From: Azolla caroliniana
Lineage: Eukaryota; Plantae; Polypodiophyta
Length of the DNA stretch: 64,000 nt
Direction of reading: 5' to 3'
Assembly (NCBI GenBank): GCA_043228905.1
Contig: JBHGNT010000022.1
Location: forward strand, 9,858,001-9,922,000
In this document: positions 1-10,522 of the stretch, piece by piece
Position numbering within the stretch: position 1 is the stretch's first letter
Layout of the letters: every line of letters starts with the position of its first letter
The notes under the pieces: generated by a model
The model's input: the letters and a program-made list of their open reading frames with translations, nothing else
Told to the model about the DNA's origin: nothing
Databases searched by the model: none
Program-made: the position numbers and the translations under genes

Positions 1-329
1 TTTTAGTGTCAATGATTGCTCCAATGATAAGAGCAAAACACAGGTGCACCATGATATAATCTGAGCTGAGATGGGAGCAGCCCCTATAATCATCAGGGCA
101 TTATTCCGATCAGTGATCTTTATCCAATGACTTTGGGAGCTCCCTAGAGGAAGGTACTCAAGGTTGGCACTTATGTCATCAAGGGAACTTGCTGAACATG
201 GAGACATTCATTGTTGGTATGTTAAAATGCAGCAATGCTTCGAGTCACATGACCATAAGCATAAATGCACTACCTCTGTTCCAATATAGCTTGGACTTTC
301 CCCATCTATACATGACCAAACTGGAAAAG

Positions 330-1360
330 AATAGAGTGATCCAAACTGACATTATTAACTTGGAAAACAAGATAACATGGATCAGCCCCAAAATATCACT
401 TGGTGCAAAGATGGCCCATGATAAGACACACTTCTTACACAAATCGGAGGATAGATTCATCATCAGGCCACCTTATATGGACATACATCTATCCTATGCA
501 ATGCGCAGTGTAATAGGGCAGCTACAAACTTCATCACATCAGTTACAGATTGAGGTAGGCAGATATACACGAATACCTCTAGAAGAAAGAATTTGCCAAT
601 TGTTTCATCAAGGAGTGGAATCCGAAGAACACTATGTTTGTCACCGTAGTGTCTTTTATGAAATCAGAGGGAGATACCATCGCCTCTTTAAACAAGGCTT
701 TGGCCTGCTACGCAAGGTAATGGAATATGAGGACCAACGGTGCCTAGGACTTTTCTTGCTAGAGCTCAAGAGACATCGAGAAAAGTTGTTGACGAATACA
801 GCCACACAAGCTCACCCACAAAAAACAATCACAATTTTCTTTAGCCCCATCACTCCTACTAATGTTACAAGTCAATCAAGGGATACACAAATGGGCTCCC
901 GACCAAGACACAACAAAGGGGTTACAATTGATCAGGCAATAGCAATTTGTCGTGCACGTAGGCCCTGGCCCCATGGACCATGGCCTCAACACCCTTGTCA
1001 TCGACGGACAAAAGCCATTATCTCCCGGCATCGCAAGTGCTTCCCTCGCTTCGGAGACCTTTCCATTCTGGATCGACCTATGCTAGAGATCTTTCAAAGA
1101 CAAAAGTTACAATATATCTAACTTGAGAATCTCACATGTGCCGAAAACCGGTTTCCCTCATCTCCTTTTATCTTATTTGCTTTTATATTTACGGAGTAAT
1201 ATTTATTTTATTTTGATTTGTTGTTCTCAGAGACGAGGCAACACTTAAGATGTAATCTCTTGTTTGGTCTTATAGGCTATTTTGGCCTCTTAAAAGACAT
1301 TAATATATCTTTCTTTCTCTCTCTCTTCCCCTCCCCCCCAATAGGTCATGGACAATAAAA
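330..1360 (+). mobile_element. 3' fragment of a non-LTR retrotransposon (LINE) inside intron 1 of the BTS-like gene
   Basis: ORF 189..1121 contains QLQTSSHQLQIEVGRY..IPLEERICQL...ESEEHYVCH, the Cys/His C-terminal region typical of LINE ORF2 downstream of RT. No RT core is present; an AATAAAA lies near 1354. Boundaries approximate. Confidence 0.65.
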
Positions 1361-2094
1361 ATCTTTTCTATTTGATTCTCCTAATCTCTATCTCATTGAG
1401 GTGGTTAAGTGAGAGAAAATGGCAAGTGGGAGATTTTGAGTCATCATCTAGAATTCCGAGGTTGTTTTATCTTGCCAACTACCACAATTGCTCTATATGC
1501 GCCTCTCTACAACTTTTATGTTGTTAAATTCTATTTTGAGCACAGAAGGCAAGCCTCTAGTTGGTCCAGTTTGCATTGAGTTCCAACGTGTGCCATCTCG
1601 TTTTATACGTATAAAACTTGTTTCAAACATTGCTGGCCAGTTTGACAGCCTGAACTCTTTAACCTAGATCATCCAAACAGATTCAAATGTTTTCACATCT
1701 CTAACTCATCCTCAAAATTTTAAATGTGACTCAATCAACACCAATTGTTGTCTCTAGAAACATTCATTACAATCACTCTCTGATTGCTTGAAATTATTGA
1801 CTTCCAGGCTACGTTGACATATAACTGATATCCTGCTGCTACTTTTCCTTTCCCACTGATTTTGGATTCAAAACAATAAGATTTTATTATCCGCTTATTA
1901 AATGAATGTGGTATCTTTAATAAGACCATGTCATGAACATTAGAAATGTTCACATATATGTTAGTATATTTTTGGATGCTGATGTTTCCTACACATAATT
2001 TTGGATGCTGATGTCCCATACGTTCTATGGTATACCTTGTACCAGATAAACTTAGTTCTAAAAATAGATTATGCAGACCATTTACTACCAAAGG

Positions 2095-3080
2095 AAGCTT
2101 TTTCCTAGCAATGTGCTTCTAATTTTAATTTGATCAAAGCTACATTTCCATGACAAGACACATCTTCTAAGTCAATCAATTCAGCTCAATTTGTGCTTTG
2201 TCTTCAAGAATGAATCATCCTCCCAATATCCTCAAAGACCAAACAGAAAATCTGTTTGATTAAGCTCATGTAAATTACAACATTATGCAGAATAATTCTG
2301 AACACATCAAGACCCAGTTTTCTAGAAAACTAACTCAATTTGTGACAGCTAGAACTTCATAAGAGAAAAATCTCCAATTGCGCTCAAGCAATTGGAAAAT
2401 TCATGCACATCCTTTCAGACCAAAAAAGAGGCAGTTTTCTATCAAGGCAATTGTAATTTAACTCAAGTTGTGGTGCTACATGTTTGATACAAGAAACAAT
2501 ATTCGCTTCAGCTCAATCTAAGACATTAAACAGACCCTTCATGATCAGAAAAGGAAATATTTTCCAGCAATGTGCTTCTAATTTAGTTCAATTTTGTTCT
2601 ACACCTTCAAGAAGAGAAGTATCCTCCAAGATCTCAGAAAGTAAACCAAGAAAAAATACAGTTTAATTAAGGCCAAGAAATCTAGGATATATGCAGATGA
2701 TTTGTGATCACGAAAGGGATCAGTATTTTAGGGATGCACTTCTAGCTTACCTCAAATGTGCTACATCTTCAAGAACACAAATAAAACTGAGCCCAATCTA
2801 AGATAAAGAATTCGTCTGCAATATTTTTAGCTATGTGATCTTAATTAACTCAGTCATTTGCTTCAATATTTAACACAATTTGATCAAATCTTCAAGAAGA
2901 GAAACATCCTCCAACCTCTCAGACAGAAAAGGGGAAAAAATATAGCTCAATTCAGCTCAAAAAATCTAAATAAATTCTGTTCAATTAAGCTCCAGTGAGC
3001 TAGATAAGTCCTTCAGACAATTTCGGACCACAAAAGGAACAACACTTTCAGCAATGTGCTTCAAATTTAACTCGAATAGC
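2095..3080. repeat. Degenerate direct repeats in intron
   Basis: AGCAATGTGCTTC(T/A)AATTT recurs near 2107, 2566 and 3050; CTTCAAGAA...ATCCTCC recurs near 2202, 2605 and 2890. Confidence 0.5.
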
Positions 3081-3185
3081 AAGTGCTATATCCTAACGAA
3101 AGAGACACGAAGCACTCAGGTCGAAAGAATAAGACAAGAAGAAACTTTGAAATTATTAAAGAGATGAAAGAAGAAGACTTCTTAC

Positions 3186-3512
3186 CTCATCTTCTGCATT
3201 ACTGTGCTGCGTGTAGACAACTCTGAGGAAATTGTATCTAGTGTGAAGAGCAAGAAACTCTTTCTCTCCTCCTTTTTCCACAGCTATGGCGTCCAGATAG
3301 AGTCTTTCTAGTTCCGTTCTGATGGCCTTATGGAAGAACTGGAACTCGAGAATAGGAGAGAGTGGGATATCCAGCTTTACTGCCTCTGTTCTTGAGTTTG
3401 TTTCTGTCTCTGCTTCCGCTTCTGCTTCTGTTGGTGGAGAACAAGGATGGTGAACTGAGCACTCACAAGGATTTCTGAGGCAAGAAATGGCGACATCAAC
3501 GGAGACTGGCAT
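3186..3512 (-). CDS. BTS: First coding exon of a BRUTUS/HRZ-like hemerythrin-domain RING E3 ligase; the gene continues left of the window
   Basis: ATG at 3512; translation ...SPILEFQFFHKAIRTELERL...YNFLRVVYTQHSNAEDE matches the first hemerythrin (HHE) motif of BTS/HRZ proteins. Donor GAG|GTAAG at 3186/3185 follows AEDE, where the first intron of BTS lies as I recall. Confidence 0.85.
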
Positions 3513-3715
3513 AGCTAGGGTTTGGCAGAGAAACTTGGTTGAATTGCTGTCGATGAATGATGAGTGAAGATGATGGTGAAGATGAAGACTATGATGATGA
3601 TGATGAAGAAGAAGATCTGCGATCAAAGCAGACAAAAGGGGGAGGAGGGGCCGAAGAAACAGCAGGAGGAGTAGGAGGAGGCGAGCTCTGCTTGTGGCTA
3701 TGGCGGCCGCGAGCT

Positions 3716-4270
3716 TCTCTTTTTTTCTCCTTTTTCCTTTTCTTTTTTTATTTCCTTTTTCCGTTTTTCCCTTTTTTTCCTTCTGCTTTTGGTTTTCTGT
3801 TTTTCCTTTCGCTTTTTGCGTTTTGCTTTTTGCTTTTTGCGTTTTGCTTTAGCTTTGGCTTTTGTTTTTTATTTTGCTTTTTGTTTTTCATTTTGCTTTT
3901 TGTTTTTGTTCCCTACTCTTTTATTCTTGTCTCTTCTTTTTTATTTTATTTTCTTTTGCCTTTTGTTTGTTTGTTTTTTTTTTGCTCTTTGCTTCTTATT
4001 CTTTTCTTCTTGTTTCTTTTATTTTTATTATTTATTATTTTGCCTTTCATTTTTTTTTTTGCATTTTTTTTCTTTTGCTTTTCGCTTTTTTGTTTTTTAT
4101 TTTGCTTTTTGTTGTTACTTTTTAGCTTTAGCCTTTTTAATTTTCGCTTTTCTTATATGTTTTCTTTTTCCTTTTCCTATTTTTCCATTTTTCTTTTTTT
4201 CTTTCTTATCACTTCTTCTTCTTCTTCTTCTTCTTCCAACAAGCTTTTTCTTCTTCCTCTTCTTCTTGTA
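3716..4270. repeat. T-rich low-complexity tract ending in (CTT)n
   Basis: About 550 bp dominated by T runs (TTTTGC/TTTTC units); source of the spurious Phe/Leu-rich ORFs. Confidence 0.9.
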
Positions 4271-4824
4271 GAGAACAAGAAAGTGCAGACAAAACTCATA
4301 GTAATCTTGACTACTATTTAATAGCTCGACTTGTGAGAAAGAAGTGGGGTTTCTCTAGGGGTCATTACGAGCGACACATCACAAGGGAGGGGCAAAGCTC
4401 ACAATACTATCACTACAATTAAATATATGTTCATGGAGCTCAACCTAGACCTTGACTTAGTGGGAGAGATGATGGATGGAGTTTTTTGCAGATCTTTACA
4501 AAAGACACATTGAAAGGGAGGTTGAAACCTAGGGGTAAAATCCCGAATATAGTTAAAGTCACTCCTAGCAAGCAAAACTCCTTGTCCTTCGTTCACAGCC
4601 AAATGGTTTTTAGCTCCCATTCCATATTGCGAGCCAAAGTTCTCGGTCACCACCTTTTCTTCTACTCGCAGGTTTCCTCCACATTTATAGCTATATTATA
4701 TCCCATGAATATTCCTCTCAACATGCCTCTTTGATTTTAAATCCCATTTGAATAACTTTGCATCCCGTTTTATATAATAAATTGGGATTTAGAGTTTTCA
4801 CCTATGTTGTTGTGATCGATATTA

Positions 4825-4842
4825 TTTAGGGTTTAGGGTTTA
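4825..4842. promoter_or_regulatory. Short interstitial TTTAGGG repeat / telo-box upstream of the BTS-like gene
   Basis: TTTAGGGTTTAGGGTTTA, i.e. AAACCCTA twice on the minus strand; function untested. Confidence 0.3.
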
Positions 4843-6651
4843 ACATATGTTTTGTGATAAATCTTGCTTTCATGTTATTTTTGCTTTTGGTATTGATTGA
4901 TATGATGCTTTGATTTGTCCATTTTGATTGATTTCATCACCTAGAAAAGATATGTACTTTGTTTGCTACAAATTCTGAGATTAGCCATCCACCATGAAAT
5001 TGCTCCAAAAGAGCCAAATTGAATATTTCTCCATAGTTAAAGATTACTCAATTACAACACGTGGTTTGACAATGTTTTCTTGTTTCCAAAGAGTCACCTT
5101 CTTTGTAGTCTTGTATGATTCCATCTTTAGGTTGTTTTTTACAGAAACGTCAATCCACATAATGTTATATTATGTCAGTTACAACTAGTGAGCATAACAA
5201 AATATCATTTATTTTGACATTCCTCATGCAATTCTTTGTAGAAATTATGTAGGAAGATTTACACATACATGTTTGAATTCAAATTGTATGGTAATTGGTT
5301 TTCAAAGGTATCTATGATGTATGCTTGGTCAAAGTCGAGGCTCCTAATCGCATGGTGGTTTAAGCTTTAAAATGTAATGAAGAAGAAACATACATTACTA
5401 TTAGAGTTACACTAGCTTCTTAATTGCCTAATAGCCTTGATTAATTTAGCATGCATAATTCTAGTCGCTTATTAGCAATTTTGACATGAAAGGGCATCAT
5501 TCCATTTGTTATAAAACAACAATCAATAATTAATATATTGTCATTAGCAAAACACATTATCTAGCTATTGTCATAAGATATTGATCTTGAATGTGCTTTA
5601 AAGCATAATTATTATGCAACCTTAGTAATGCGATTCGAATCTAACTTGATCAAGCATATATGTACAATCTTAATATAAACAAGCATACATTTCCTATTTT
5701 TAATACTTATTAGCATATTTTTGTAATTTTCCCTACGATGAACTCTTTGAATGGTCAAAGCGGGTCTTTTCGAGATCTAGCAAAGAAATTTACATTGTTA
5801 CATTAAAGTTGTGTATTCCAAAAGAGCACTACTATAAAAATGCATTTGTACATGAGTCTCACACACATCATAAAGGAATCAAGATCATACGTGTACACAA
5901 AACATGTGGTGTAGCAAAACTATCAAAAAATCTCACATACATGAGTCTTGTCCATATCGAACAACTTCCATAATATAATCAAATTATATGTATATATATA
6001 TACATACATACATCCATATACATGCACACACACATATCTTCTAATGGTGTTTTTTATTTACTAACATTTACTTTTATTTATTTATTTAGGGTATCATGTT
6101 TTTTAGTAGTAGTATTTTGCTATTTTCTTCTCATCTTCCTCATTATTTCTCTTTACCCTTCAACTTTTTTGGTTTGCATTCTTTCTACGTGTGCACCTTC
6201 TCCCTACCCCCTTGGTGCTACTAATCTCATGTACATCCCTCCTTTTCATCAACCATCGCTATTTTTCTTCCCAACTCCTAACCCTCACGAGCAACCCTAA
6301 CTCTCATGCACACACACATGCCACTAAGAGTTTCTACATAACTCTCAAAGTCTTGCTCATGAAGCTCCTTTAGAATTGCTCAAGAAGAGTTGTTATAGGC
6401 ATAACCATACGAACCAGTTCTAAAGTTAATTTGAATGGTTTAAAGGTAGAATTAGTGGGAAATTAATTAGCATATTTGTAGTTACTGTATCAACCAACCA
6501 AGTGGACTACGATAGCTTGTGATGTACTTGTGGAATAATGTATTGTACATGAGAAAGGGGAAGAGGACTGATTGTACATGAGATACAATGCCTATATTCG
6601 ACACAAGATACATTATCACAATGCTTTTGTTACTGGCTTGGAGTAACACGG

Positions 6652-7620
6652 TGTCGGATACTCGCTCCTTTGGTATTCGACTCAAGGTCTTATGGTAGGG
6701 AGACGGAAGTGTAGATTGTTTCTTTGCCTCAGAGAGACACCGAGGATACGAACGAGGTGCAATACCTATGTGATTTAGGAATCGAGTTGCAACAACTGTG
6801 GAGACTGTGAACCCAGCCGACTACAACCGAGTGGTGATATGCAATACAATACACAGTAAAAGACTAGAGACACTCAACACAAATTATAACTCTCAACACA
6901 TAGACAAGGTATAAGCACACAAATATTCTATTACAAGACTTAGACTCAATACACTAATACAACTCTCCCCTTACAGAAGCTCCATGTCCCTTTTTATAGG
7001 GAGTATGGGCCAACACCTAGCATGCCTATGGGATAGTGCCCATTGCCTTGCACGGTCGAACCCCAAAATTATCTGGCTAAGCTTTGTCAAAGATGTGCAA
7101 AATGCTCGGCTCTTGCTAAGCCGATTTGTTGAAACCAGAAGTGTTGTTGCTTGTTGGTGCCAAAGTGTCCGCTGTTTACATGTCTCGTGCTCTTTGGTCC
7201 TTTGTGGCCCCTATCAGATCTTCTTCTTCGGTGCTCGGCCCGTCTTGACGGAATTCCTTGCTTAGTATAGGCCAAGCGGCTCGGTCAAGCTTATCGCCTT
7301 TCCTTCGGTTGGCGCGTGGTCCGCAAGATCTTCTATCTCTTTTTCATGCAACTCATCCATCGGGCGGCGGCGCCATTATTTCCTTTTGCATGCTGAGTTG
7401 GATCTCTTTTGCCGGTTGTGAGTTTGGATGCCATCAGGCCCTCGGAACCATTGTTGTTCTTCTTCTTTCGCTTCGCGGCCTCTCGTTGTTCATTTGATTG
7501 ATTGATTGTTCGGCCTTAGCCAACGCCATACCCTGCTCATTGATTGATTGATTGTTCAGCCTTAGCTCCTCTAGTTGCCCTTGGAGCTCCTTTGTGGCCT
7601 ATAGCTTCCCCATTAGGCGT
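6652..7620 (-). mobile_element. Possible solo-LTR-like remnant
   Basis: Switch to more GC-rich sequence beginning TGTCGG, a minus-strand TATA (CTATAAAA near 6995) and an internal duplicated CATTGATTGATTGATTGTTC. No clean second terminus or TSD found. Confidence 0.3.
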
Positions 7621-7930
7621 TATGAAACCACCACAATCACAATGATGGGGGAGACTCCAATCGTCATGGCGATGGTTTTCTTTCTGTTTGGGGAGGTTCT
7701 AAGTGGTAGAGACTGCTGAATAACTGTTTCGTCTCCTTCTCTGCACGAAATGACTGGTTGTTCATTTCCGTGCTTTTGCCTTTTTGTTGCGCATACTAGG
7801 AAATCCCATGTGCCCCCAAATACAAGAAGATCCTTCGAATGGCATACATACATAGTAATATTCAAATTTCATACAATACACTGACATATTGTACATTATG
7901 AGCCCTTCTACATATTTATAAAGAGTGCGG

Positions 7931-7973
<43 letters not shown>

Positions 7974-8434
7974 ATCATGATAGATTCTGTTGATGGTAGC
8001 TCCCTTGATTTATCCCCGTTGTTTCGCTCTTTCCTGAACGGGTTAGGGGGGGGGGGGTGTGTGGCCGGCATAGGGCTTGAGCCGAAAACCGTTAACACAC
8101 TTTGGTAAGATTCCGTAGGCCAATGTGCCCAACTACTAGGTTCCTTTCACAACATCCATAATCCAGAAGAGTTCTGTCCACCGGAAACGCAACCTCCCTG
8201 GCACGTTCCCCATTCTAGTCTGAAAACCAGAACTGCTTTGCTGATCCCGAATGCTTTTTCGTTGCCTTTCTTGTCACGGTTGACAAAAGCTTTACACTGG
8301 TGTTGCTCCTGTTCCATGAGCCATGTCCTCTGCAACCGCGGAAACTTATGTGTGACATGCACCATGGTAGTAAATGGCAATGTCACAATGCATGAGATGC
8401 TCAGGTTAAATTTCTTGAGAATGATGCTTGGCAA
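7620..8434 (-). pseudogene. Possible decayed receptor-like kinase (WAK/LRK10L-like) ectodomain plus transmembrane remnant
   Basis: Broken frames give FRLEWGTCQGGCVSGG, PKCVNGFRLKPYAG (EGF-like), a Pro run and TM-like KKTIAMTIGVSPIIVIVVV. Frameshifted, no kinase domain. Confidence 0.3.
7931..7972. repeat. (CCCGAC)n hexanucleotide microsatellite
   Basis: About 7 units; (GGGGTC)n on the minus strand. Confidence 0.9.
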
Positions 8435-10058
8435 AAGATTTCATTAAAATGATTGTGCGTAACAATCACAATGAAAATTAAAACGTTGGCGCGTCCACGA
8501 AGACCCATTATTTTGCGTCCCTTCATGTTTCGATTAATTTTCAACCTCTTTAGTTTCAAACAATTTAATTTATTGGAATAGTTTTGATGGTGTATAGACC
8601 CATTTCACCACTACCGTAATTATTAGAAAAGAAGGAAAAAGGTAACTTGTCCTTGGGTTAGATAATCTTTTTCTCACTTTTTGAAGAGAGGAAATGTTTG
8701 ATATTAGGAAAACGTGTTTATGTGCCATTTTTATTCACATTTCGAGGCTTCCCTATCCCACGAATGCATATGACCACGCACGGCATTTTTGTGTTGGAAA
8801 AAATACCAATGGTCGGGAGCATGACGTGTTTACGTTTTACTGTGGTTCCCACATTCAGAGGCTGTGCATTCTCCCTTACTTGGTTGCATCCCAAAGTTAT
8901 CCAGTATCTCACACCGTAGGGCTCAATGTCCTTCATCATACCGTGAAGTTTGAATATAAGGTGGGTTTGTCTGTTTCCTAGTCACGGATTGAGATGCTAT
9001 AAATGCGTGCGCTTGAACCCAAGAGTATGCAAGACTTAGACATTGCCAAAATGGATCGGAGGAAAACCTCATTCATTTAACCGTTATTCAAAGATTTCTC
9101 CTTTCAATGTTATCTTGCGGTGAGAGAACCTTTTAACCGTCTCACGTTGTGGCATGTGCGAACGGCGAAAAGCGCCTAAAACCCAAATTTTATGATAATC
9201 TGAGATTCCAAGTGAAGAAGAAGTCGGTTAAAAGTAGACGGCCATTCAATTGATGACGGGAGATAACTCACGCGCTAAGAGTTCTTCTCTTGAACAATAA
9301 TGGCAAGGGTTCAAATATCTTAGGGACAACGAATGGGTTTCGCATTATATATTAGAGGCGGAATATGGGAAGCGGGTTATGGTGGGAACTAGGTTATATG
9401 GCAAACCAAAACTAGCGATGCGTCCTTTGAAAAAGTGTGGTGTCTGTGACAAGTGGCAATGGATGATGTCGATTTTATTTTTGTGGTAGGAGCGGTCTCG
9501 AGAACAATGAAGGGAGGAAAAGAGCACCTTGCCAAAAACGTGGGCGTTAAGATTCAAGGCCTAGGATTTGTAGAAGCAGAAGGCCTATGTGTAATTTGAT
9601 TGCGGAACCAAATAAAACAAATTTTGGAGCACAAGAGTCGATGTTAGGGATTCATGATGCACTTGTCATGGAAAATCTCATCCTATGATGACGGTATGAA
9701 TTTTGGTTTTCCTTCTCATGTCATCGCGTGACCCGGCATGGGAATGGGCAACCTTTTACGTAAGGTTATAGTAGATCCATCCCACATTCCTCATCTGCCA
9801 TTGAATGATATCATGCGAAGATGTAGGAAACGTCTTATATGCCAGGCTTTTCCTGCTCTACGAGATCAATGCACATAACAGTAATGAAGATATCAACATT
9901 CACTAGGACCTCGCTATAGAAGAAACATGTGCCATTTGAAACTTGAGGACTTCATGAATGCGGAAGTAATAGTTTGCAACGACAATGTAGCATATACCAT
10001 ACCGTGGTGCATGATAGAAGAAATTGAAAGGTGGTGTTATTGAATATGAAATCATATG

Positions 10059-10064
10059 TTTATT
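10059..10064 (-). terminator. AATAAA poly(A) signal of the peptide gene (repeated in each full unit)
   Basis: TTTATT on plus, about 105 bp downstream of the stop codon. Confidence 0.4.
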
Positions 10065-10167
10065 CATGGATAAACACACCGTTCTATTTGTTTGTGATGG
10101 TTACATTATGAATCCCACATTATTTTATAGAACACGATTAACAATGGAATTGGAAAAGTGGGTTAAT

Positions 10168-10410
10168 TTAATCATCATTTTCTGATGGAGTTGGGGCAGG
10201 AGGAATTGAAGTCGACGGAGGAGTTAGAGGAGCATTAGGAGTTGCCGCTAGAGGAGGGGCAGGAATTGGAGAAAGAATCGGCCTTGGAATTACACAAGGA
10301 GAAGGTTCAGGCTCATCGGCGTAGGTTGTTGATGGCCCATGAACAACTAAGACTGTCACAAAAAGAAAAACACACAGAAGTCGGAATCGTTGCAACTCCA
10401 TCTTCCCCAT
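10168..10410 (-). CDS. Small secreted Pro-rich (AGP/HRGP-like) protein, copy 1
   Basis: 80 aa. Basic n-region, hydrophobic LLCVFLFVTVLVV, cleavage-like TYA|DE, then AP/SP/TP-rich tail. ACCATGG context, upstream TATAAAAA and downstream AATAAA. Confidence 0.72.
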   Translation of the reverse strand: MGKMELQRFRLLCVFLFVTVLVVHGPSTTYADEPEPSPCVIPRPILSPIPAPPLAATPNAPLTPPSTSIPPAPTPSENDD

Positions 10411-10514
10411 GGTATAAATAATAGTTATATATATATGTGGGATGAAACTTAAATGTTGTATGGAGCACGTAATTCGGTTGCTCCGTTGTGCCTATAAAGC
10501 ATTTCCTTGCTGCG

Positions 10515-10522
10515 TTTTTATA
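10515..10522 (-). promoter_or_regulatory. TATA box of the peptide gene (repeated in each full unit)
   Basis: TATAAAAA on the minus strand about 105 bp upstream of the ATG at 10410. Confidence 0.45.

Noticed and set aside
3557-4321. 254-aa Phe/Leu-rich membrane-like ORF and overlapping ORFs
   Set aside because: Artefact of the T-rich low-complexity tract, antisense to the BTS-like 5' region.
8694-9557. Other recurring ORFs in the unit (95, 73, 73, 70 aa; also the 89- and 72-aa ORFs)
   Set aside because: They overlap, have no recognisable motifs, and several start at non-ATG codons. Recurrence only reflects the DNA repeat.
10168-10410. The amplified peptide as an IRON MAN/FEP peptide, given the neighbouring BTS-like gene
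   Set aside because: IMA peptides lack signal peptides and end in an Asp-rich ...D.APAA motif. This one has a signal peptide and ends PSENDD.
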